Positions 24,995-35,223 of a DNA stretch of 64,000 nucleotides are shown one piece after another. How positions within the stretch are numbered: the first letter of the stretch is position 1; every line of letters starts with the position of its first letter. The notes beneath the pieces were generated by a model. That model was not told the DNA's origin and searched no databases. It worked only from the letters and a program-made list of their open reading frames with translations. This DNA comes from Selaginella moellendorffii (Eukaryota > Plantae > Lycopodiophyta): contig NW_003314326.1 of the NCBI RefSeq assembly GCF_000143415.4, positions 434,001 through 498,000 of the forward strand. The letters run 5' to 3'. Made by a program: the position numbers and the translations under genes.

Positions 24995-25002
24995 TAGGGT
25001 TT
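24995..25002 (-). promoter_or_regulatory. Telo-box (AAACCCTA) upstream of the YjgA-like gene, near a TATA-like TTTTATATAAG
   Basis: TAGGGTTT at 24995-25002, 20 bp upstream of the ATG. Telo-boxes are typical of plant translation-machinery genes. Confidence 0.5.
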
Positions 25003-25062
25003 TTGAAAATTCCTTTAGAACCCTTATATAAAAGCTCCAGCACAAAGTGGACTTTCACTCGT

Positions 25063-26868
25063 CTATTTAGTGGTAATCATACGAAAAAAACGTTGCTTTC
25101 TTTTAAATCTTCGTCTGATGGATGCGAGCTTGGAATGTGGTGTATAGCTTTCTAAAGCACAGGTTCGTTCCTTGATCGCCACCGAGTCCAGTGGCTGTGA
25201 CAGCTTGAGAATGGTGTCGAAAACCTGCAGCGTTCCAAAGTGCTTGGGCACGCCGTGCCTGAACAGAAACTTGCGCTTGGCCTCGGGCTCCAGCGGGAAA
25301 TGCTTGGCGTACATGACAACGGCGGTGGAGAGAGCATGCCCCCATGCATACGAGGGCGTAGCCACCACAGCATGCCTCAGCTGCTGGAGCGCCTTCCACA
25401 GCTTCTCATCCTGCGCCACAGCTCCTTCCGGCAATGGCTCGTAATCCTCGGGACGCATATGGACTAGCTTCTCGTATGCAGTTGGGCCTTCTTTCCTACA
25501 AAAAGCAATGCAATGCAAGACATTGATCTTCTAAGAGAAGACACAACATACGTACCACATATGGCTTAGTGTGTTGTTTCGCAACACAGTCTCTACTACA
25601 GACGGCCCGCGCTCCACCAGGAAACCACCATTGAGAGCCTGAACACGACATTAATAGCTGTTTCTATAGCTGCAGTGGAGAGAAGTATAAAAGCCTACCT
25701 CTTCTTCGGCCGATGCAGCTCCTCGGGTACACAGCTCACCGTCTAGAAACGAGCAGGAAGCAAGTTATAGTCAGCGAGAAGCGGGCGGATCTAACTTACA
25801 CGTCAAGCTGTAGTCGTAGTAGATCGGGAGGTCGTAGCGGCCGAGCCAGAGACGCGCGTGAGCGCTGGCATTGACAATCGTGTAGTAGTGCGGGAGTGTT
25901 GAGTGTGGCGGCCGGTGCAACAGCAGTGAGCGTAGGAGCTGGTTGGACCGGATCCCCCGCAGCAGCAGCCTAGCCTCGCTCACACGTAATGGAGAAGTTG
26001 CAACTTCAACGCATGGGTATGCTGCTGGTGGCACTCTGGGCAAGGCGTTCCTGTCACCTTCGAGTTTTGAGTAGTACTCTTCTACCGTGTCTCGTAGCTC
26101 TGTGTGAGTCCGCAAGTTCCATCCCAGGTTCTTCACTGGCAAGTAGAAAAAGTAGTCACTCTCCGTCAACTTGCAAACAAGGTCCAGGATGTTGGGAACA
26201 TCATCAAGTCCGACGGCTAGAGTCACTGCTGATCCCTTCCCTGTTACTAAGTTACAAATAAATACGTTAGCACAGCACTCGGGTCAAAACTTACGTACCG
26301 CCACCATGCAGCGGGCTGCCTCCTCCTTCCTGCCATCCTGGAAAAACAAGAATCATATAAGAAGAAAGAAATCAAAACCATGGTTACCAAAGTAGAGGGG
26401 CTCCAGGGGGGGTCGCACAGGCTCGAGGGGGCGGTCCTCCATGACAAGTTCTCCTGGTCGATGAGGATCAGCAGCATCCACGCCGATGCGCACGCCTTTG
26501 CTGCCACAAAAGCGCTCCCAAAACATCTGCAGCGGCTTCCCAACCTCGTCATCTCCATCGCAAACACCAAAGCCGTGCCCCAGCAGCTCCCCCGCAAACT
26601 CCACCACAAGATCACACGCAACCTGAGAAGCCGGCGGAAGGGATCTTCGGAACCCTTCACGCTCCTCGGGCCCGAGGCTTCCCAGGTAGAGGATTGAAAC
26701 GAAGGAGAAGAGCGTGTGGTCGTTGGCAGGCGGATAGAAGACGTATCCCACCTCTGCGATGTATTCACAGAGCGCTCGCGCCTCCAGCACGACGTCGGCG
26801 GCGGCTGGCTCAGTATCAAGCCTTGCAGCGAGGATCTGCGCGAGCTTCAACAAACTGCTCGACTCCAT
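25063..26868 (-). CDS. Hypothetical protein, about 500 aa, 6 exons, no recognised domain
   Basis: ORF segments MESSSLLKL..., GWQEGGGSPLHGG, KGSAVTLAVG...YYDYSLT, YGELCTRGAASAEEE, ALNGGFLVERG..SHMW and KEGPTAYEK...ITTK* join in frame through short GT-AG introns. Confidence 0.75.
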
Positions 26869-27172
26869 ACTAATATTAACCCTAAAGGGAAGATGGGATA
26901 GGAGGCTATAGTTTATAGTGAGAGAGCAAAGAGAATACACTCTCTCCTCCACACATCATTGAGGAGATAGACATGGGAAATCTACATCTTAGCTTGCCCG
27001 AGGTTCTTCTAACTCTCAAAGACTTACCCTTGCGAGGATCCATGAATTTCATCGTCGAGGTTCTCGAGCAAGAAGAACAAGGCTGCAAGATCACCGACGT
27101 GTACCCGGTTTCTTAGGACAAGACTGTCAACTATAAAATTTCTCTAGAACCCTAAAAATGTAGGGGATTTCC

Positions 27173-28597
27173 ATGCCTGGAACAAGGATCACGCTCACCA
27201 GGAACAGCCGGCAGACGGTAAGATCGGCAGTAGTTCTCGATCTGGATGCCAGCAATCCAGAAGAATCGATCAGATCGATCCTCGCGGCCGCCGAGAAGAA
27301 GCTCCGCATCAAGAAACCCCAGCGCCTCTTCCTCGCTGCCGATGGCACAGAGATCGGGCCAGCGACGCTGTCCAGAGTCGCAAACGACGCGGTTGTGCTC
27401 GTATCGGCAGGGGAGGGATTCGTCGGTGGAGGAAATCTTTCCTCCAAGGATGGTGATCAAGCTCCAGCGGCCGCAGTCTCAGTGGTCCACTCCTCGGAGA
27501 GATTTCTCGAGGATTTCGTGGAGCGGCTAGCAATCAATCAGCTAGAACAGGTCGCGAGGCTTCCGGGAGTGGTCATGCCCGACTTGCATCCATCGGATCA
27601 CTATCCCATTGGGGCGGCCATCGAGTCGGAGGAATGCATCTATCCAGTGCTCATCGGTGGCGACGTTGGCTGTGGCATGGCCTTGTTCCAGACCACTCTC
27701 TCCAGCTCCACTCGTCCAAAGAGAATTTGCGACAAGCTCCAGGGGATCGAGGGACGCTGGAAGGATGGAAGCGTCTCCGAGTGGCTAGCCAAGAACGGTA
27801 TCTCCGGGAGCTCCAGCACTCCTTTCGACGAGAGCCTGGGAACTATAGGTGGTGGCAATCACTTTGCCGAGATCCAGCAAGTGGAACGAGTTGAGGATCC
27901 GGAGAGCTTCTCGGCGCTGGGATTGCACGAAGACAAGCTTGTACTGCTCGTTCACAGCGGCTCCCGGGGACTTGGAAAGCACATCGCTCACTCGCAGCCC
28001 GTCCAGCTCCGCGAGAACACGGCAGAGTTTGATGCGTACATGCAGCAGCACAACTACGCTTGCAACTGGGCTCGAACCAACAGGGACTTGATCGCTCACC
28101 GGATCATGGCGTGCTTGAGCAGCGATCCCGACGCTAGCGCGAGCAAGGTGCTGGATATCTGGCACAACAACGTGACCAACAAGGAGATAGATTCGAGATC
28201 GGTGTGGCTGCACAGGAAAGGGGCTGCGCCGAGTGATCAAGGGGCAGTGGTCATTCCGGGGTCGAGGGGATCGTTCTCCTACTTGGTGATGCCGGTTGGC
28301 GACCAGCGAGAGAACTCTTTCTCGCTCGCTCACGGTGCCGGGCGGAGCTTGACGAGGGGAGTGGCGCTGTCCAGGATGAAGAACAAGGCCTCGACCGTGA
28401 ACGCTGCTGCCGCGGCGCTCCAGGAGACGCGATTGGGAGGCCGGGTGATTTGCGAGGATGTGAACTTGCTCTTCGAGGAGGCCCCGGAAGCGTACAAGGA
28501 TGTGGATGTTGTTGTGGGAGAGCTCGTTGGCTGCGGGATCATCAAAGTCGTGGCTGTTTACCGTCCGGTGGTAACTTACAAGAAGAGAAGCGAGTAG
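27173..28597 (+). CDS. rtcB: RtcB-family RNA ligase, RtcB2 (PrfH-coupled)-like, with an N-terminal KHA/doublecortin-like domain; intronless, 474 aa
   Basis: Motifs MPDLHP, GGDVGCGM, LGTIGGGNHFAEIQ, LLVHSGSRGLG, DIWHN, WLHRKGAAPSDQGAVVIPGSRG, SLAHGAGR, LGGRVICED..LFEEAPEAYKD and RPVVTYK. The canonical RtcB metal ligands and the guanylated His are present. Confidence 0.95.
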   Translation: MPGTRITLTRNSRQTVRSAVVLDLDASNPEESIRSILAAAEKKLRIKKPQRLFLAADGTEIGPATLSRVANDAVVLVSAGEGFVGGGNLSSKDGDQAPAAAVSVVHSSERFLEDFVERLAINQLEQVARLPGVVMPDLHPSDHYPIGAAIESEECIYPVLIGGDVGCGMALFQTTLSSSTRPKRICDKLQGIEGRWKDGSVSEWLAKNGISGSSSTPFDESLGTIGGGNHFAEIQQVERVEDPESFSALGLHEDKLVLLVHSGSRGLGKHIAHSQPVQLRENTAEFDAYMQQHNYACNWARTNRDLIAHRIMACLSSDPDASASKVLDIWHNNVTNKEIDSRSVWLHRKGAAPSDQGAVVIPGSRGSFSYLVMPVGDQRENSFSLAHGAGRSLTRGVALSRMKNKASTVNAAAAALQETRLGGRVICEDVNLLFEEAPEAYKDVDVVVGELVGCGIIKVVAVYRPVVTYKKRSE

Positions 28598-28779
28598 AAC
28601 AAAGCTCATTGAAACTTCTGTGGCTTCTCGATCTCTAGCACGGTCGATGATCTTGGTGATTTCTCTACGTTCTTTCACCGGTTCTATCCTTTGGAGGTAA
28701 ATCTTACAGGAACATGATCCGGCCCTGACGAAAGGATAAAAACACAAGATCACGGAGTATCCACGATGAGAAGAAAGTA

Positions 28780-29225
28780 GAAAAGTAAATGTAAGAAAAC
28801 CCAGTCACAGTCACATGCATGAGAAGATTGATCTGTGAAGAACTGTTCGTTTTTCCAAGCCTCACATAATATATCACACGTCCAGTCGACAATGACGAAC
28901 CATTCCCTCTGTGTGTTTTCAAGTTAGAAAAAAACGAGAGAGAAAAAGCCATAGAAACCAACCGATCAAATTGTATTGCGCTCCACTTTCTACACGAAAG
29001 ATAGAAGCCAAGTGAACGATCACATGGAAACGAAAATCTCTTTCTCGTTTACCTGGACAATCAGTGTGGCTTCCAAGACTTCTGGTGGTGAAGCCCATGT
29101 AGAAAGAAAGAAAACTGCGAGTGAGGAAACATTTGCGAAGAACCAAGAAAAAAGAACTAAAAAGAAAGAACTGCGAGTGAGGAAACTTTCGCGAAGAACC
29201 AATAAAACAAGAACTGCGAGTGAGG
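28780..29225 (-). pseudogene. Decayed duplicate of exons 2-4 of the YjgA-like gene (direct repeat of about 24120-24610)
   Basis: Retains WAS-PPEVLEATLIVQ, GAAGATTGATCTG..CGTTTTTCCAAGCCTCAC and the AAGAACTGCGAGT intron repeats, with deletions. Confidence 0.9.
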
Positions 29226-29359
29226 ACATGAGGGTCTATCCAGGAATATCCCATACGTCATGAAGGCTGTTGACAATGCTGTAGAGGACTGCACGAAATG
29301 TTGTTTGAGATCTGCTCAATATTGGCCCATAGCTATTAAGATTCAAGCACTTATATGTA

Positions 29360-30135
29360 AGAGAACTATTTACCTCGTTCAACTCTTTCTCTTCAATGCT
29401 CCCGATTTATGGCAGAGTTTCCTGGTACTTTCAATGCCTCGTGTTTCTCCTCATCACTTAGGATTGGAGATGGAGTTTCCTATCAAGAACTCTTAAGACT
29501 ATGAGCAATTTAAAAGAAAAACTTACCTTAAGTAGCTTTTAGTGCCTCGAGCTTGTCTTTGTCCTCACCGGTCAGGAATTGTGGCAGAGTTTCCTGATGA
29601 AAACTCTAAGTCTCTAGGAGCACAAAAAACAAAAAAAAAAAATTCTTGCCTTCAGTGCCTTGTCTTTCTTCTCAGAAGGATTGAAGGTGGAATTTCCTAT
29701 AGAGAACTCTAAGACTAAGAGCACAAAAAAGAAAAAAACTTACCTCGTGCCTAGTTGTTTTGAGTGCTTTTTCCTCACCCGTCCTTATGGCAAAGTTTCC
29801 TGATGAGAACTCTAAGTCTTTAAAAACACACACAAAAAAAGGAACTTACCTTCAGTGCCTCGTCTTTCTCCTCAACACTTGGGATTGGAGGTGGAATTTT
29901 CTATAGAGAACTATAAGACTAAGAGCAGAAAAAGAAAACTTACCTCGTGCGGAGTCCAATCCCAAGCATTGAGGAGAAAAAGGAGGCACTGAAAGCAGCT
30001 GGGCACGAGGTATTTTGTTTCTTTTTCTGTGCTTGACTTTCAACAGGAAACTCTGCCATAATGCCCAACTGGTGAGGAGAAACACTGGATCCTATCGAGA
30101 ACTCTAAGACCTAAGAGCACAAAAGAAAAACTTAT
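29360..30135 (-). repeat. Decayed tandem array of duplicated exon-intron units, with an internal inversion at about 29955-30090
   Basis: Repeated ...TTAGAGTTCTC(T/A)..AG acceptors, exons of about 50-65 nt (e.g. KIPPPIPSVEEKDEALK) and AG|GTAAG donors. One block reads on the opposite strand. Confidence 0.7.
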
Positions 30136-30441
30136 TGCTAGCTTGTTAACCTTGTTGACAATTCCTTTCTGTGCCTCCTCACTTAGAGCTGCCAAGAAGA
30201 TCATTAATTTCCGTTGTGTAAATAGTTAGGTGTTAATTGTAATACATCGTGTGATTCTGGACTGTGGTATTGTTGCTGGAAACAAGAATGGTAAATGTTT
30301 GCAAACTATTCCGAGAATAATCCATGGCCTGTTTAAGGCCAGAACGCCTTAAACCCTAGGTTGGCCTACCTTGCGGTTTGTTAAATAATAGTATTAATTC
30401 TGTGTTGTAAGCTATTCGAGAAGTTAGGTTATCTTGGCGCA

Positions 30442-32780
30442 ATGCAGGAGTTCTGGGATGCAAAGGCAGTTGTGGAAGCAGTTTTGAAGATGGGTGATTG
30501 CGGTTTGTCTCGTAGAGAGAAGCTCAGCTGGGATAGCGCAAGGGTTAAGGTCCTGGATTTGTTTGACAACGAGACAGCTGGTACCATCATTGACGCATTA
30601 CTCCAGCTTACAGAGTCGACCCGATTGGACTATTTCCTCCCTGCCGATGCTGCGACCAAATCTGCTCTACTGTCACTCGGTACGTCAATTTGTGTTGATC
30701 CGGCATTACTTAGCGCTTGTTCTGCAGTTAGCAGGAAAAGGCGCAGAGTAGATCCATTTGGGGAGGTGAAGGCTCAAGCTTCTGCGCTGGCATTGTCTTT
30801 GGAAATGTCTTATCAAGAGATGACAGAAGAAAAGCTCGGGAGCATCGATACCCGGATAGATCTGCTGGCGCCGGACATTCTTACAGAAGACGCGACCTCA
30901 TTTTCATACATGGGACGGAAGACTACGGTGGACATACTGAAGTTTTTCCAAGCTGTGAAGAAGGGTCCGAGCGTGTACAGCACGAACCCGAATCTTGCCA
31001 TTCGGTTCATAACTGGGACCCCTGGGGCTGGAAAAACGTACAGCGTTGCAGCCGCAGCTGGTTACTTATATGTCAGCGAACGAAGAAAAGCTACCGGCGC
31101 TGCTGCTGTTGCGTATATCAACGCCCGAGTGTTCATGGAAGATCCATCTTACAATTTATGGCGTGCGCTCATTCTAGCCTATGCTCGTGATGAAGCGGCT
31201 CTCAACGCGCTGAAATGTGTCGACTACGAAAGGCCGGACTGTCTGCTCCAATTTCTCAAAGAGCGAAAGAAGCTGCAAAAGGTTTACCTTTTATTCGACG
31301 ATGGCAACTCGCTACATGACAAAGATATATTCTCCGGCCAGATCAGATTTGCTGCTCGATCTTTTGTCGAGTCTCTTGCTCAGGTGTGCGTCGTCGTCTT
31401 CTGTGCATCCATAGAAAGCAAGCTGCGCAAAGAGCTTATAAAGGACGCTGCTCCGCCTCAACTTATCGTTTGCGGAGGGTATACGGTAAGTCCCTGTTTC
31501 GGAAAACTGGTTATTCACCGAGCTGTTTTGTTAGAGAAAAGAACTAGTTGCCTGCATTGGCATGTACCTCGAAACTACGGACCAGCGTTTGATTGATGAA
31601 GAAATTGCTTATATTCTCCAAAGAACTGGTTCTGTGCCGCGACTGATTTATCATCACTATTTCGGCGAGGACGGTGAACTGGATAGTGCTATCAGTCGGT
31701 TCAAGGATGAGATTGCGGACTTCATCCTGAACCGGAGCAGCTGGGAGGTTAGTGAACTTGCCAGAGCACTACGGGGGGAGCAGGTTGCTCGCTTGACGGT
31801 TGCGATGGATACCCGTGCCTTCTACAGGGGTCGAGATGGAAGAGGGAAGTGTTTAACTGGTGAACTTCGTTCGTATGCATTTGGCTTAATTTCGGAGAAG
31901 GTGAAGGCGGAAAGTTTGGAGGAAGGGAAGGTTGAGGTTCGGAGGTGGCTCGGAATGATCATGAAGGACAACAACCTGGTGCGCATTGGCTGGAATGTGG
32001 AGGAGGCTACCATCTTGACGCTCAAGCTGCTGACCCCTTGTATAAGAGTGGACAACAATGACCTGAGCGAGAAAATTTTGATCAAGCCTGCAGGAGTGCG
32101 GACAGTCAAGGGGAAGTTTGGGATAGATGAGCTGAAAGATGTGGGCCTGTCACCTACACTTTTCCTTCCGAACTTCAACCACATCGGAGCCGATGTTTTC
32201 TACTCCGATGAGGAGTGGTTAATCGTCTTCCAGATTACAGTTGCCAACAATCCCGAGAAGCATCATAAGAGAACTCTAGAGGTTGCGGACGAGTTGTTTA
32301 CAGTGACACAAAGAAGGACGATGCTAGTTTGGGTGGTGTACACTCCTACAGAGACAGATACTTGGGTGGTTAAGGATTCGGAACACCCTCATGTTACTCA
32401 AGTCTTCATGTCTTTCGGTCAGCTGTCCAGCCATCTCAAGGATATCGATTCCGCACTTCGGGTGCTCAAGAGCAATCTCTACTCAAAGAAGCCGGCCGAG
32501 GACGTCTGTCCAGAGTACAAGTGTGCTGAAACCTGCAGGGATGATAAGTGGATAAGCTGTACTTTCTGTAACGTCTGGTTTCACTGGCTCTGCACCACTG
32601 CTACTGAGGAAACTTGGGAGTTGTGGTTGTGTGATAACTGCCGTGCTCCTGGTAAGTATCAAACATGTCTCTTGCTTATTTACACGCCTTCTGACGCCTC
32701 ATTGTGCAGATGATGATCCCGATGTGGAATTGCCTCCACCAGTTCCGGATGCTGGTCGAAGGCGTGGAATCTCCTTCTAG
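30442..32780 (+). CDS. Crinkler/RHS-type P-loop NTPase + PD-(D/E)xK-like endonuclease + C-terminal PHD finger, about 743 aa, 3 exons
   Basis: Exons 30442-31485, 31535-32651 and 32710-32780 splice in frame. Walker A GTPGAGKT; Walker B LLFDD; GGYTRKE and TGSVPRL; nuclease-like GWNVEE..PNFNHIGAD..VFQITV..HH; PHD C..C..CxxC..HxxC..CxxC (WISCTFCNVWFHWLC..WLCDNC). Confidence 0.8.
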
Positions 32781-33639
32781 TCGTAGCTTCTTCCTGCTGT
32801 CCAAATGAGTTTAAATGTGCAAATCGGGGTTTGATTTGGCTACATCAAACGCTACGTCATTTCTTTAAATAATATCACCAGTAAAATAACAAAGGTGTCT
32901 TATAAGTTATGGTCGCATTCTCTTCCTTGGTATGAAGAACTGCGGTATGAATTCACATCTAATAGAGCAGGGGGTGGCCTGACAAATGAATTGCTGGCCG
33001 GCACTGTAGTGCCAAGTGATTCAAAATATGGTCATTTTTTGGATCGGTGCAAAAGCATGGTTGAATTTTATAGCTATTGGCAGAAATGGAGGCATCGACG
33101 TTTTCTCCTTCAAGGTCACAGCTCACAACCACAAGCTCCTCGTTCACGTTGCTCGACCTCTCCATGGGAGCATAGCCCTGGAGATAGTACCTCCATGAAA
33201 CAAAGAATATTCTATGCGTAAACTTGGATATTCTCTGCATGAAAATGTATTTCCCATGTGAAATTGAATATTTCCTGGGTGAAACATGTGAAATCGAATA
33301 TTCCCATTTAATCATTTTTAAGGATATTCCCCAGAATCTAATGGCCATTATGTGCCCTTACATGACCATCCATAACCATTCAACTCAAATTATTTATAAT
33401 TATAAGCTTTGAATTGTTTGCCCGATTTATAATTCTAGTTGATTAAAGCTTTTGGGCATTGTTGCAACTTAGCAAAGGCTGAGGAGCTCAAATAGAGTGA
33501 TTAACTTTATAGTTTTCAACCATGGATGCTCATTTTAGAGCAGTATATGAAATTTCATGGAATTTCATTATTTCATGGGAATTATTTGGGATTGCAAAAT
33601 ACTTGTATACTTAGTTCTTGCTTCTTCTTTTTTGTAAAA

Positions 33640-33720
33640 ATGGGCCAAAATTTCCTACTATATACTGTGCTTAAAGGAAGGAAAATGGGAATTTATCAAG
33701 ATTGGAAGACAATTGTACCT
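33640..33720 (+). pseudogene. Remnant of an RNase H1 N-terminal/caulimovirus viroplasmin-like hybrid-binding motif
   Basis: YTVLKGRKMGIYQDW resembles the Y.V..GRK.GIY..W consensus. No downstream domain is visible. Confidence 0.45.
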
Positions 33721-34364
33721 TTTTTAAGTCATATAATCTTAGATACAATACACATTCCTTTTTCTTTTGATTCAAACACTCTGCCTTTTGCATTTCCCTC
33801 AATTCCAGTCTTGAATACAAACACTTCCCAAACAGCATCTCCTCTAAGATCTGCTACCCTATAAAGCCCAAATTTGGTTTAGTGAAGGATCAGGCCCAAA
33901 GGTGTGAATTGCTCCCAATCCCTCTTGTGTTTCACCCACCAGTTTGCATAGTGTGCAAAAACCCTCACGGCCAAAACTAAAGATGAAGAAGAAGAAGAAG
34001 AAGAAAGCTATATTACAATTGAGGATGCGTTTGGGAGGTTTGAGGAGTATAGTGATGTTATGCTTAAGGAGCAAAGTGATGCTCTTGAAGCTCTTGTGAT
34101 ACTTGTTTAAAGAGCAATGCTTTCAAGTAAGTGGTTGGAGTAAACTATTTTTTAGAGAACTTTAGTAGTGTCTTATTAGGCACAGATGGTAAGTGATGGC
34201 AGTTGTAAGATGCCCACATAAAATATTCAAAAAATTTATGTTTGATAAGTTCATACTTTTAGAATTGTATTCATTTAATTGTTGAAAAACTCAAAGTTAT
34301 TATAAAGTGAGTTATGTTTTATTATACATAGATGGATTCATGAAGGATCTGTTTGGTAGTCATT

Positions 34365-34580
34365 CGTTAAGCATAGTTATCCATTCTACTTTAGTCACTT
34401 AACCACACCTCCAACCACTTGGAGGAGTCTCATTCACAACATTCATAAATTCAATTCAGGACTTGGGGTTTGTTAGCCCCAAGAATGGCATCCATGCCAC
34501 TCCACTTTTGCATTTGGTCCAAGTGCTCCACGTGTCTGATCCCATGACCGACACCCCAAGGTACCATTGACATACCAACT
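34365..34580 (-). repeat. 3' end fragment of the large LTR family of 51075-58242
   Basis: Reverse complement of about 52370-52580 (CATTCTACTTTAGTCACTTAACCACACC...CCAAGGTACCAT). Confidence 0.85.
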
Positions 34581-35223
34581 TGTTATGCTAAAACTATGCC
34601 CATTCACCTTAGTCACACTGGTGGTCCAACTATGAGATGGGGTTCATAAATGACTCTAAAAGTTGTTTGTGTAATCATTCCTTGCAAGGATATGATTCAT
34701 TAAAAGACATGGCAAATAAACTTTGATCTTATTCACATTTCTTGGTCAATGCCTTGTGTAGTGCATTTGTCATAGACCTCCACCATCAATGGTTCTTATC
34801 TCCCACACTATTGCCCCAACAACATCACATACATACTTCATTCAAAATTTAAGAGTACGACAATTTAGTTTGAAGAGAGGCTCAAAGTACAAAAACTCAT
34901 TATTTGCAAGGTCCAACTTAAGTTTTCTCCTAGCCTCCTAGTATGGACGCAACATTGCGTGCTTCACCAAAAAATGCAAGAATTGGCCATACTTTATTTC
35001 TGCAACTTCATAAAGCCTTTGTAGCTTAGTCAAAGATGCTTGTATTTAAAGAACAAACCCCATTATCCACTAAAAATGACAATACTAAATCTTACCATCT
35101 TTCCAAGTACTAATATCTTGTAGTCCTTATGATAGCATAGGCATTTGGATCATGTGAATTCACCACCACAACGTCAATAACTCCATAAAAAAAAAAGAGT
35201 TTTATAGTTAACCTCCACAAAAC

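Noticed and set aside
27173-28597. Bacterial contamination as the source of RtcB
   Set aside because: It is contiguous, with no gap, with spliced plant genes and a duplicate of a neighbouring plant gene, and it has no operon context. Long-read confirmation is still advisable.
27785-28753. 322-aa antisense ORF
   Set aside because: Shadow of the GC-rich RtcB coding strand; no motifs.
29360-30135. Repeat-spacer-like periodicity suggesting a CRISPR array
   Set aside because: The repeats are degenerate, the spacers are homologous to each other, the units carry splice signals, and the context is eukaryotic with no cas genes.
32895-33412. Small ORFs downstream of the PHD-containing gene
   Set aside because: Non-ATG or short, with no motifs or consistent splice structure.
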